A stretch of 54,364 nt of DNA from a virus (taxonomy: Duplodnaviria; Caudoviricetes). The notes under the pieces are model-generated. The model saw only the letters and a program-made list of their open reading frames with translations, made no database searches and had not been told where the DNA came from. A program made the translations under genes and the position numbers. The first letter of the stretch is position 1, and each line of letters opens with the position of its first letter. Below, in pieces: positions 6,474-16,066 of this stretch. The stretch is from positions 1 through 54,364 of the IMG/VR virus record IMGVR_UViG_3300032330_001719, one strand, 5' to 3'.

Positions 6474-6869
6474 TGGTGGAAGTGCGGGGACTCGAACCCC
6501 GGTGTTACTTGTATTACCTATTAAGGACTACACGTTTAGGTCATTGTTTAAGCTAACAATCCGAAATTTCACAATTCCCTTATTTTTAGAGTGGTTCGGT
6601 TTACTGAGAACTAATCCTCCACTTGTACCTTTTCGGATAGGTACCACACCTTTGTAGGGACTTCTGTTGCAAGGTTATATGTCCACCGACCCCGTGTTGT
6701 GTTTCCGCTTAGGCTACTACAACTTCCTCAGCACGGATTAAACCGATAGCTGACATTTTGTCTAAAACGTTTCCGTTTACTTTTCGTATTCCGTAGATTT
6801 AAGTGATAGGAAACTTCTCACTACGTGCCCCGAATAACCATTACCAATAGTCAATTCCGTGTCACTCCC
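6474..6869 (-). ncRNA. ssrA: tmRNA (SsrA), tag (A)GNVLDKMSAIGLIRAEEVVVA
   Basis: 5' GGGAGTGACACGGAATTGAC; 3' CGGGGTTCGAGTCCCCG-CACTTCC-ACCA with G3.U70 and encoded CCA; tag ORF 6774-6709 after AAAAGTAAAC; smpB nearby. Confidence 0.93.
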
Positions 6870-6883
6870 ATATTTTGATACCA

Positions 6884-6914
6884 CAAAGATAATATATAAA
6901 TTGGAAAAACCAAA
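6884..6914 (-). promoter_or_regulatory. Bacteroidota-type promoter of tmRNA
   Basis: Minus strand TTTG (6914-6911), 19 nt spacer, TATCTTTG (6891-6884). Confidence 0.8.
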
Positions 6915-6946
6915 CTTTTTTTATATTTATATTAAAATAAATATCT

Positions 6947-8644
6947 ATGCCTGATACAAAGGACTTTCACGGAATGAAAAACATATTATTAGATAATGAC
7001 GATTGGATGGTTGTAGACCCCTTGGACTACGATTCCTTTGTTTATTACGCACCTGAAAACTATAAAGATAGTTGGAACCAATATAGAGATGGTGACACTT
7101 ACTTTGTTATAGATAAAGATAAAGACCCAATTCAAACATCAATTATTCATAAAGAAGATGGTAAAATAGAATATTATGGTAGTGAAGCTCAAAGACATAG
7201 GAAATTAAATAGATTTGAGTTTGAGTCAAATTTACCGGATGAGGTTAAATCTGTCGTTGGTGAGATTATAGGTCATTCAGATATATACAAATTATTAGTT
7301 AAGGTTATGTCAGGTGAAGAAGTATCTTCAAGAAGTATGGAAAATGCTGACGACTTAATTTACGATTTCAAATTCAATAAATCAAATCCGGCAAAAAGTT
7401 TAGTTAGAATATCATTTTCTAATATGGATGAATATGTAAATCTATTTGGTTTAGATGATGATGACAAATGGTTTGTTGATATTATGTTTAGTCATTATGA
7501 TAGTTATGAGTTCCAAGACAGTGGTTATGCAAGTGATGAATGGTTGGAGGGATATTTGATTGGTTGGTTTAATGATGAAAATCGTGAAAAACTTAGAGAA
7601 ATTGTTAGTCTAGTTGCTCCCCAATATGCAAATTTAAGTAGTGATGATGAAAATAGTGGAGCTGCCAAACTTTTAGATGAAATGTTCCCAAGAGAAGTTG
7701 AGGAAATTTATGATGATTGGGTGAATGAATATAATGCTTGTAAGAACCGAGCCGGTAAGGAATCAGTTATACAAGATTTATGTGGGGTATTTAATAACTA
7801 TGGTATTGTGGAGAAAACTTGTTTTAGTGACTATTACACAACCGTTGGTATTTTAGTATCTCTTTATAAACAAGAAAAAGATACCACTTTTAGTATATCT
7901 GAATTATTATCATCAATTCTTAAAAGAAAAGAATATGGTAATTGGTATGAATATATGTATGAGATTGAATGTTATGATTTTGATTATGATTCATTTCATA
8001 ATTGGACCGAAAGACAATTAGATAAAATATACGAAAAATTAGAAGATTCTGATGAATTTACTAATGTTAACGAATATTCTAGAATATATCGTCAAGTTCA
8101 AAGTAAATACCCTAAAGATGAAAGACATAAAACCAAATCCGGTAGAGAATTTTTCTTTAGAGGTGTTGACCCTAAAAACAATAGAATCTTAATTCAAGTT
8201 TTTAGTGGTAATGGATTGGAGGATAGAAGTTATAGTGAGGATGAATTTAATAACTTTATTGTGTCACCGGAATTATTTGAAAGTAAAAAAAGAAGAAAAG
8301 TAATTTCAGAACAGGCAACGGGTAATGAATCGGTTAATTTTATAACATCACTTTCAAAAACAGACCCAACCGTATTCAATACAAAAAAACCATTAATGTT
8401 TTTGCAAAATAAGTTATCAGAATATAACTCAAAAAACCCTGGTGTTAACTTAAATATGGATACATTGGTAAAACAATTATCATTACCAAGTTCACCATTT
8501 AAGTTTACGACATTCAATATTCAAACATATGAACCAAAACGTGTAAGTACTTTGGATGTTAACTTAAAGAATATTGGATTCACTTTAACTAAAAGTGATA
8601 TTGACCCAATGACCGTTCAGGGTGGTGTTAAATTAAAATTTTAA
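6947..8644 (+). CDS. hypothetical acidic protein (565 aa), possibly virion-associated
   Basis: Long ORF; TATTTATA at 6924-6931; internal LFE..VISEQ segment like the propeptide junctions. Confidence 0.7.
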   Translation: MPDTKDFHGMKNILLDNDDWMVVDPLDYDSFVYYAPENYKDSWNQYRDGDTYFVIDKDKDPIQTSIIHKEDGKIEYYGSEAQRHRKLNRFEFESNLPDEVKSVVGEIIGHSDIYKLLVKVMSGEEVSSRSMENADDLIYDFKFNKSNPAKSLVRISFSNMDEYVNLFGLDDDDKWFVDIMFSHYDSYEFQDSGYASDEWLEGYLIGWFNDENREKLREIVSLVAPQYANLSSDDENSGAAKLLDEMFPREVEEIYDDWVNEYNACKNRAGKESVIQDLCGVFNNYGIVEKTCFSDYYTTVGILVSLYKQEKDTTFSISELLSSILKRKEYGNWYEYMYEIECYDFDYDSFHNWTERQLDKIYEKLEDSDEFTNVNEYSRIYRQVQSKYPKDERHKTKSGREFFFRGVDPKNNRILIQVFSGNGLEDRSYSEDEFNNFIVSPELFESKKRRKVISEQATGNESVNFITSLSKTDPTVFNTKKPLMFLQNKLSEYNSKNPGVNLNMDTLVKQLSLPSSPFKFTTFNIQTYEPKRVSTLDVNLKNIGFTLTKSDIDPMTVQGGVKLKF

Positions 8645-8676
8645 GAAAATTGTATTAACATTCTAATAATTTTTTG

Positions 8677-8684
8677 TATCTTTG
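8677..8684 (+). promoter_or_regulatory. -7 promoter element (probably a leaderless mRNA)
   Basis: TATCTTTG ending 5 nt before ATG 8689. Confidence 0.6.
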
Positions 8685-8688
8685 CTAA

Positions 8689-9510
8689 ATGGAAAGAGAC
8701 TATCAATTATTAAAAGACGTTTTGTCGGTTCCGACTAAAACATATCAAGAAGACCTTATGGTTGAATTTCTAATCAATTGGTTAGAAGAAAATGGGATTC
8801 CCTTCAATGTGGATGAACATAAAAATATTTACGCAATAAAACAAACTGATGAGTTTGTAGATTACTTCCCTTGTGTAATTGCCCACACCGATACGGTTCA
8901 CTCACTAGATAACATTATCGTTACTGAAGAATTATTATTAAACGAACAGGGAGAAGAAAAACCATCGTTAAAAGCATATAATCATTTTGGACACCCAACC
9001 GGAATTGGTGGTGATGATAAATGTGGTGTTTATGCTTGTTTGGAATTACTAAAAGAATTACCAAATTTGAAAGCAGCATTTTTTGTGTCAGAAGAAACCG
9101 GATGTCACGGGTCCAAAAAAGCCGACCCAAATTTCTTTATGAATGTTGGATACGGAATTCAATTTGATGCTCCCGGGAATACAATGGTAACAGAATATTG
9201 TATGGGAACAAAGTTATTTGATAGAGATAGTGATTTCTTCAAAACTTGTGATGAGGTATTAACTGAGAACTTTACCAATGGTCAGGTTTATCATTCTAAT
9301 CCGTACACCGATGTATACGCGTTGAAAAACACTTTTGATTTTGCTTGTATCAATTTTGCTATCGGGTATTACAATTACCACACACCGAGAGAGTATGTTG
9401 TTGTTGAAGATGTTTACAACGGGATTAAAACCGGTAAACAAATGATTGAGAAACTAGGTAATCAAAAATACCAATATGTTGCAGAATCAAAATATTACAA
9501 ATTGTTTTAA
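8689..9510 (+). CDS. zinc metallopeptidase, M20/M28/M42 clan
   Basis: AHTDTV, GGDDKCG, SEETGCHGS, QFD and YHT metal-binding motifs. Confidence 0.85.
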   Translation: MERDYQLLKDVLSVPTKTYQEDLMVEFLINWLEENGIPFNVDEHKNIYAIKQTDEFVDYFPCVIAHTDTVHSLDNIIVTEELLLNEQGEEKPSLKAYNHFGHPTGIGGDDKCGVYACLELLKELPNLKAAFFVSEETGCHGSKKADPNFFMNVGYGIQFDAPGNTMVTEYCMGTKLFDRDSDFFKTCDEVLTENFTNGQVYHSNPYTDVYALKNTFDFACINFAIGYYNYHTPREYVVVEDVYNGIKTGKQMIEKLGNQKYQYVAESKYYKLF

Positions 9511-9513
9511 TTA

Positions 9514-9547
9514 AAAACCCCTCCTGAAAAGAAGGGGTTATTTTTTT
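9514..9547. terminator. terminator between convergent genes
   Basis: AACCCCT..AGGGGTT hairpin flanked by A and T tracts. Confidence 0.6.
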
Positions 9548-9563
9548 ATATAAAAAAAGAGGA

Positions 9564-11606
9564 CTATTGGTCCTCTTTCTTTTTTCTTGTTTTCTTAGGT
9601 GTCTCTTGGAACTTAACTTCCTTATCAACCGATACAAGTGAATATGGTGTGTTTTCCACCACGTTTCCTTTGATAATCTCCTCAGATACAAAATCCTCAA
9701 GTTTATCTTGTATTGCTCGTTTAATTGGTCTTGCTCCATAGGTCTCATCAAATCCAACCTCTGAGATTAATTCTAAAATAGATTCATCAAATGAGATGTT
9801 ATAATTTAGACCAACAAGTCTGTTAGATAATTTATCCAACTCTAATTTCACAATTTTCTTAACATCTTCTTTTCCTAAAGAATTAAAAATAACCACTTCA
9901 TCAATTCTGTTTAAGAATTCCGGAGTGAAGAATTTTTTAAGTTCTTTTTTAAGAGTCTCACGTTTGTATTCCTCTTCGGCGTAAGAACTATTACCCGTTT
10001 TGAATCCAACACCCGAACCAAAATCCTGTAATTTTTTAACTCCCACGTTTGATGTCATAATGATAACACAATTTTTGAAGTTAATCTTTCTCCCCATACC
10101 ATCGGTAAGGTGACCGTCGTCTAATACTTGAAGAAGTGTTGAGAAAATGTCTTTGTTTGCTTTCTCAATCTCGTCAAATAGAATTACAGAATAAGGTTTG
10201 TTTTTCACTTGTTCGGTTAATTGTCCACCTTCATCGTATCCAACGTATCCCGGAGGTGCTCCAATTAATCTTGAAATGGTGTGTTTTTCTTGGTACTCGG
10301 ACATATCCACACGAATCATATTATCTTCACTACCAAACATTTGTTTTGCTAGTTGTTTTGCCAAGTATGTTTTACCAACACCTGTTGAACCTAAGAAGAT
10401 GAATGAACCGATTGGTTTGTTCGGGTCTTTGATTCCGATTCTGTTTCTACGAATTGATTTAACAATTTTAGAAACTGCTTCAGATTGTCCGATAACTTTA
10501 TCAGATAGATTTGTTTCCATCTCAGATAGAGTTTTGGTTTCATCGGCATTTAATTTGGTTACCGGAATTTTGGTCATATTGGACACAACTTCATAAACCA
10601 AATCTAATGTGATTTCTTTTTTGTGAGTAAGAAGTTCTTCCTCAAACTTTTTCTTTTCAGTCTCAAGTTTGGTTAAGATACGTTTTTCTTTATCACGTAG
10701 GTTTGCGGCCTCCTCATATCGTTGTTGTTTAACAACATTTACCTTCTCTTGTTTGATATCGGCAGCTTGTTGTTTCAACTTCTCAATTGATTCCGGCATT
10801 TTTACTTCCACCTGACTCCTTGCTCCAACCTCATCAATAATATCAAATGCCTTATCCGGGAATTCTCTATCGGTGATATAACGGTCTGCTAAATCAACAC
10901 ATACTGACAATACTTCATCCGTATAAGTTACCTTATGGAAGTTCTCGTATTTGTCTTTCACATTTTTAAGGATTTCTAATGTTTCTGCTTTGGTTGCTGC
11001 GTCCACAACAACTTTTTGGAAACGTCTTTCTAACGCTCCGTCTTTTTCAAAGTTTTTTCTGTACTCATCTAATGTGGTTGCTCCAACACATTGAATTTCC
11101 CCACGAGCAAGTGCCGGTTTGAAAATGTTGGATGCGTCCATTGAACCTGATGAGTTTCCTGCTCCAACGATTGTGTGGATTTCATCAATGAATACAATGA
11201 TATTGGGTGCGTTCTGAAGTTCTTCAATAATAACTTTCATTCTCTCTTCAAATTGTCCTCGGTATTTGGTTCCGGCAACAATTGATGTCATATCTAATGA
11301 TACGATACGTTTGTCCATTAAGTTTCTTGGACATTCCCCATTATAAATCATAATGGCAAGACCTTCAACGATTGCGGTTTTACCACAACCAGGTTCACCA
11401 ATAATGATTGGGTTATTTTTCTTTCTACGTGAAAGGATTTGTGCGATACGAGTGATTTCTCTTTCTCTACCAATTACCGGGTCAAGTTTACCTTCCTCGG
11501 CTAATTTAATAAGGTCTCGACTAAAATTGTCTAAAACCGGAGTTGATGAATCAGTTTTTACTGATTTATTACCACCATTACTTCCACCATCCATAGATTC
11601 TGTCAT
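9564..11606 (-). CDS. clpC: ClpC-like AAA+ chaperone/protease ATPase lacking the N-terminal Clp repeat domain
   Basis: Two AAA modules ([30 protein letters not shown]), UVR-like [18 protein letters not shown]; starts directly at [11 protein letters not shown]. Confidence 0.92.
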   Translation of the reverse strand: MTESMDGGSNGGNKSVKTDSSTPVLDNFSRDLIKLAEEGKLDPVIGREREITRIAQILSRRKKNNPIIIGEPGCGKTAIVEGLAIMIYNGECPRNLMDKRIVSLDMTSIVAGTKYRGQFEERMKVIIEELQNAPNIIVFIDEIHTIVGAGNSSGSMDASNIFKPALARGEIQCVGATTLDEYRKNFEKDGALERRFQKVVVDAATKAETLEILKNVKDKYENFHKVTYTDEVLSVCVDLADRYITDREFPDKAFDIIDEVGARSQVEVKMPESIEKLKQQAADIKQEKVNVVKQQRYEEAANLRDKEKRILTKLETEKKKFEEELLTHKKEITLDLVYEVVSNMTKIPVTKLNADETKTLSEMETNLSDKVIGQSEAVSKIVKSIRRNRIGIKDPNKPIGSFIFLGSTGVGKTYLAKQLAKQMFGSEDNMIRVDMSEYQEKHTISRLIGAPPGYVGYDEGGQLTEQVKNKPYSVILFDEIEKANKDIFSTLLQVLDDGHLTDGMGRKINFKNCVIIMTSNVGVKKLQDFGSGVGFKTGNSSYAEEEYKRETLKKELKKFFTPEFLNRIDEVVIFNSLGKEDVKKIVKLELDKLSNRLVGLNYNISFDESILELISEVGFDETYGARPIKRAIQDKLEDFVSEEIIKGNVVENTPYSLVSVDKEVKFQETPKKTRKKKEDQ

Positions 11607-11663
11607 ATTTTATTTGTTTTAATTAAGTATAAGTATTTTTTTCTTATTTTCAAATGAACGGGA

Positions 11664-11694
11664 CAAAAGTAATATATTATTTTGGATTGACAAA
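11664..11694 (-). promoter_or_regulatory. Bacteroidota-type promoter of clpC
   Basis: Minus strand TTTG, 19 nt spacer, TACTTTTG. Confidence 0.7.
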
Positions 11695-11719
11695 ACAATT
11701 TTCAAATATATTTATAACT

Positions 11720-12052
11720 ATGGAACACAAAAAAGCTTGGGAAAAATATGTTGACAAATTAAATCCGGATAAGGAACTACAAAACACTTATCGTAAATTA
11801 CGTCACGCTTTTAATAGAGAAGGATGGACTGAAGAAGATTTGGTGAGTCCACCATATTATCCACAAGATATTATGAGTAATTTTCAAAAATTTAGTGATT
11901 TAAGAAATAAATTGTTTCACGAACTAAAAACTTACTTCGATATCATTGACCATAATGAGTTTAGCGATTATATTGGTAATAGATTAAAATTAATAGATAT
12001 AGAAATACCTTTAGAAAATGGCGGTAAAAAAAGAAACAATAGACGGGACTAA
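11720..12052 (+). CDS. hypothetical protein
   Basis: ORF 11654..12052; start moved to ATG 11720, after TATTTATA at 11709-11716. Confidence 0.6.
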   Translation: MEHKKAWEKYVDKLNPDKELQNTYRKLRHAFNREGWTEEDLVSPPYYPQDIMSNFQKFSDLRNKLFHELKTYFDIIDHNEFSDYIGNRLKLIDIEIPLENGGKKRNNRRD

Positions 12053-12260
12053 AATCATCAACGAGATTGAGTCAACAAATATCGTAAGAACAGAATACGA
12101 TACTACAACTAGAAAATTAGTTGCGGAATTTAAGAATGGTACAAAATATGAATACGATGAAGTACCTCATAATGTTTACACAAGATTTAGAATGGCTGAA
12201 TCACAGGGTAAATTCTTCACAACAGACATTTCAAAAAAATTCAAATACAAAAAACTTTAA
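12018..12260 (+). CDS. KTSC domain protein
   Basis: ESTNIVRTEYD...LVAEFKNGTKYEYDEVP..VY..F..AESQGKFF pattern. Confidence 0.85.
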   Translation: MAVKKETIDGTKIINEIESTNIVRTEYDTTTRKLVAEFKNGTKYEYDEVPHNVYTRFRMAESQGKFFTTDISKKFKYKKL

Positions 12261-12290
12261 CAATTATACATTTTTAAGTATTTATTGTTA

Positions 12291-13064
12291 ATGAGTAATT
12301 TAGCTAGCATATTATCGAGTTTTCATTTACAAGATGAATTAAATCCTAAGATTTGGGTATTACCAAATGAAAGGTATATGTCCGACCCCAAAGGTCAGGT
12401 AGAAACAATGAAACCTAAGGTTAGAGAACGTTTGTTAGAAATTGCATACGAATTTATTGATTTTTTAGGTGTTGATGTTGTTGTATCTGATGTGGTGATG
12501 ACCGGTTCATTAGCAAATTACAATTGGTCAAAATTTTCAGATGTTGACCTACATATTATTATAGACTTCAATCAATTCTCCGAAAAAGAATTACCTTTAT
12601 ATGAAGAACTTTTCAAACTAAAAAAAACTTTATTTAATGATAGTCATAACATAACTATATTTGGTTATGATGTTGAGTTATATGCTCAAGATGATACTGA
12701 GAAACATTTTAGTAGTGGTGAATATTCTATTTTATTTGATGAATGGTTAACAGAACCTAAAAAGGATAAAACGGAGATTGATACGGAATTGATTAAGAAA
12801 AAATCAGAACAATGGATGGGGCATATTGATACGGTTATTGAGAACGCCAAAGATGAACCATTAGAAGTTGCAATTAAATTAATTGACAAATATAAAGACA
12901 AAATAAAAAAATACAGAACTGCCGGTCTTGAAAAAGGTGGTGAAATGTCAGATGAAAATCTAGTGTTTAAGGTTTTACGACGAAACGGGTACATTCAAAA
13001 ACTTTTTGACTTCAAAAATGAATTTATGGGTAAATCCCTTTCATTAAAAGAAACTGTTAAGTAA
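12291..13064 (+). CDS. Pol-beta-fold nucleotidyltransferase
   Basis: TGSLANYNWSKFSDVDLH (GS..DxD) and a downstream VELY acidic residue; ATG 12291 preferred over TTG 12285. Confidence 0.8.
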   Translation: MSNLASILSSFHLQDELNPKIWVLPNERYMSDPKGQVETMKPKVRERLLEIAYEFIDFLGVDVVVSDVVMTGSLANYNWSKFSDVDLHIIIDFNQFSEKELPLYEELFKLKKTLFNDSHNITIFGYDVELYAQDDTEKHFSSGEYSILFDEWLTEPKKDKTEIDTELIKKKSEQWMGHIDTVIENAKDEPLEVAIKLIDKYKDKIKKYRTAGLEKGGEMSDENLVFKVLRRNGYIQKLFDFKNEFMGKSLSLKETVK

Positions 13065-13127
13065 AACACGACATTTTTAATTCTGAGTATATTTATATAT
13101 AAAAATAATTTTCAAAAAAAAATCAAA

Positions 13128-14654
13128 ATGGGAAACAATTTAAGACCGATTGGTAGTGAGAAATTAGAGGGTATGGACAAAATCGCCCGTATAATGGAGA
13201 TTGCCAGATATAAAGAAAATATTCCAACACCTATCAATGAGGATAAATCTGTTGAATACAATAAAGTATTAGCCGACGGTAATAAATACCAAATCATTAA
13301 AGAAAAAAATGGTTATGTTATTAAAAGAACATTATCAGAATCTACTGAGTTGGATTATATCGAACCGATGAAAAATAGAAAATATTATTCATCATACGGA
13401 CAAGCGTTAAAAAGACTTAATTTAATTGCTAAAGAAGTAAACGTAAATGAAGGTAACGAAAGTAATGTTAACTTATTTTACGAAAGTGCTGAGGAGGCTA
13501 AAAAATATATCTTAAAAATGGGTAAAGGTGAGACAACTGAACAAGCTGCTCCCGCTCCGGCACCCGCACCTGCTCCGGCACCCGCACCTGCTCCGGCACC
13601 TGCACCCGCTCCGGTTGAAGATGAATTACCATTACCTGCTGAAGATGAGTTACCGGTAGAAGATGATGCAATGGACCAAGATGATAACGAACCATTAACT
13701 TTGAAAACTATTCAAAAATTAACAGGTAAGTTAGCTCAAAAACTAAGAACTTTCCAAGACCAAGCTGCTGAAGGAGAAGAAGAAATGACTTCTAAAGACA
13801 CAAAATATGTAATCAATTCAATTTTATCGGCATTAGATTTAGAAAATCTTGATGATGAAGATAAAGAAGAGATTGTTACTAAATTTGAAGGTGATGATAT
13901 GGGTACTGAAGATATGGGTACTGAAGATTTAGGTGGTGAACCATCCGGTGAAGAATTTAGTGATGAAGAATTAGGTATCGGTGGTGGTACTGAAGGTGGT
14001 GAAATGGGTGAAGGTTTTGACGATTTTGAAACAAAAAGTAAATTCTCAGATTATGATGATGACGATTTTGAAGAAATTGACTTACACAAACATTTTGGTA
14101 AACACCATCCAAAACACGATATTGAAGATGAAGATGAGTTTGATTTAGAAATGGGTGAAGGATATCGTTATGATGACGTTGATGATGTTAATCCTGACGA
14201 TGTTGAAGATGATATGGAAGTTGGTAAAGATATGATTGATGATATCTTTAGTGAAGAAGAGGATATGGAGTCAAATCCACCAAGACACAGAGGAAGAAAA
14301 AATGCTTACGGTATGAAACCACATCACGCTGACCATTTAGAAAGTATGATTGAAGGTTTATTTACAGAATCAAAAGTGGATACTATCTTAAAAGGATATT
14401 TCAAAATTGATAGTAATGAAAAACAATTAATGGAAGAGAAGAAAAATTCTCAAAAATTAATTAAAGAAGAGAAAAAACAAAAAATTAGTAAAATCAAATC
14501 TTTATCTGAAAGTATTTCTCAAGAAGTTGGTGCAACTAAATTCTTAAATAGTAATCCAACCGCTAAATTAGTTGGTAAAACAAACAAGAAAAATTTAGTG
14601 TTTGAAATGAATAACGAACAAATAAGAGTTAATACTAAAGGACAGATTTTATGA
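13128..14654 (+). CDS. acidic head-associated protein with a Pro-Ala repeat
   Basis: TATTTATA 13090-13097; many (I/L)xE sites; located in the head module. Confidence 0.7.
   Translation: MGNNLRPIGSEKLEGMDKIARIMEIARYKENIPTPINEDKSVEYNKVLADGNKYQIIKEKNGYVIKRTLSESTELDYIEPMKNRKYYSSYGQALKRLNLIAKEVNVNEGNESNVNLFYESAEEAKKYILKMGKGETTEQAAPAPAPAPAPAPAPAPAPAPAPVEDELPLPAEDELPVEDDAMDQDDNEPLTLKTIQKLTGKLAQKLRTFQDQAAEGEEEMTSKDTKYVINSILSALDLENLDDEDKEEIVTKFEGDDMGTEDMGTEDLGGEPSGEEFSDEELGIGGGTEGGEMGEGFDDFETKSKFSDYDDDDFEEIDLHKHFGKHHPKHDIEDEDEFDLEMGEGYRYDDVDDVNPDDVEDDMEVGKDMIDDIFSEEEDMESNPPRHRGRKNAYGMKPHHADHLESMIEGLFTESKVDTILKGYFKIDSNEKQLMEEKKNSQKLIKEEKKQKISKIKSLSESISQEVGATKFLNSNPTAKLVGKTNKKNLVFEMNNEQIRVNTKGQIL
13545..13613 (+). 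repeat. (Ala-Pro)n coding repeat, 18-nt period
   Basis: gctccggcacccgcacct units encoding AAPAPAPAP... Confidence 0.9.
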
Positions 14655-15061
14655 GTTATTTAATATATGTTAATGAATTAGGTCCAAACTATAAAGGAGA
14701 TAACATATATGAATTCATATTTTCAGACAGTTCTAAAGACATTTGGGGAGAATCTTGGGAATCAAAACCGGCAAACGGTTACCCACTTCCACCGGACTTA
14801 GAACATATTAAAAAAGTAGGAGTTTTGAAGAATGACCTAATCACTATGTCAGTAATTCAAAACTCTGACTATTTTTCAATGATAGATGCAATGGATGATA
14901 TTATTGCTTTAGCGTTTGAAAATGACAATGAAGACGTTGATTTTGAACATCAAAAAAGATTGGTCTTCAAGTTTGGGGAAACAGAACAATCTGTTAAAGA
15001 TAAATTATACGAACGAGATATCGTTTTAGAATTTGAAAAAAAAATTGAGTATGAACACTAA
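14651..15061 (+). CDS. hypothetical protein
   Basis: ATGA-coupled ORF in the operon. Confidence 0.8.
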   Translation: MSYLIYVNELGPNYKGDNIYEFIFSDSSKDIWGESWESKPANGYPLPPDLEHIKKVGVLKNDLITMSVIQNSDYFSMIDAMDDIIALAFENDNEDVDFEHQKRLVFKFGETEQSVKDKLYERDIVLEFEKKIEYEH

Positions 15062-16061
15062 TCAAAAAAAATTGAAACTTATTGGTCACGGATTAAAAAC
15101 TTCTACCTTAAATAACTTGACTGAAAGTCAGGTTGATATATTGTTCGGTAAATTACAAGAACAAATTACTACAACAACTAAACAAGTTAAAACTATTAAG
15201 GTTCCTCAAAATGTTGCAAAAACTACAGGGGCAGACATTGGTAATATAAATGTTAAAACAGACGCTAATGGTAATGTAATTGCGACTGAAATGCAAGAAA
15301 ATGAGATTGGTGAAGATGATACTGTTGATGTAGTTCAAGACCCTGATGCAAGTGCTGACGGGATGGGTATGTTTGAAGAAAAAGAAATTGACGAAAAATT
15401 TGAGTCAAAAAAACAACAAAAATATTTCTTCGCTAAATGTGGTGACGGAAAAACAAAAGAACAAAAAAAATGGTGTAAAATGGCTGATGAATTTGCAAAA
15501 AAGACTAACTTTGCCAAACTTCCTGAAAAGAAGAAAGAAACCAAAGAAGAATTTAACTTTGGTGACTATGGTAAGAAAGTTGTTAGTACCGTTACAAAAC
15601 TTAATAGTGATAACTTAAATAAAGTTAATCCTGTTGTAACAGGTATGGGTAACCCGACTACTGATGTATTTAGTGAAAGTGAAATTGAAAAACAAATTAT
15701 GAGATTAGTAGAAAAACACATTACACCTAAGATGTCGAAACAAGACTTCTTAAACCTAATTGAAGGTGACACTAAAACTGCACCTGCAAAACCAAAAGAA
15801 AAAGAAAAAGTAAAACCTGGACATCCGTTCAAACCGGACCCTGATAAGAAAGGTGCACCAAAAGCGATGAAATCAGAAGTTGGTGAAGGTGATACTAAAA
15901 CTGCTCCGGCAAAACCAAAAGTTAGTCCGGGTACAAAACCAAAACACCCATTCCAACCGGACCCTGATAAAAAAGGTGCCCCAAAGGCGGTGAAAAAAGA
16001 AGTTGATGAAACTTCATTACCAAATTTTTTAACATTTAACGCGTTAGGTCTTAACAAATAA
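15051..16061 (+). CDS. hypothetical head-module protein with a duplicated 35-aa basic/Pro repeat
   Basis: ATG 15051; FESKKQQKYFF...LPEKK segment (DUF3008-like, from memory); two EGDTKTAPAKPK..HPF.PDPDKKGAPKA copies. Confidence 0.7.
   Translation: MNTNQKKLKLIGHGLKTSTLNNLTESQVDILFGKLQEQITTTTKQVKTIKVPQNVAKTTGADIGNINVKTDANGNVIATEMQENEIGEDDTVDVVQDPDASADGMGMFEEKEIDEKFESKKQQKYFFAKCGDGKTKEQKKWCKMADEFAKKTNFAKLPEKKKETKEEFNFGDYGKKVVSTVTKLNSDNLNKVNPVVTGMGNPTTDVFSESEIEKQIMRLVEKHITPKMSKQDFLNLIEGDTKTAPAKPKEKEKVKPGHPFKPDPDKKGAPKAMKSEVGEGDTKTAPAKPKVSPGTKPKHPFQPDPDKKGAPKAVKKEVDETSLPNFLTFNALGLNK
15762..15989 (+). repeat. two 105-nt imperfect direct repeats (15762-15866, 15885-15989)
   Basis: Visible in both DNA and protein. 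Confidence 0.85.
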
Positions 16062-16066
16062 TAATT

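Noticed and set aside
6457-6657. 66-aa plus-strand ORF
   Set aside because: Antisense to tmRNA and starts inside a terminator.
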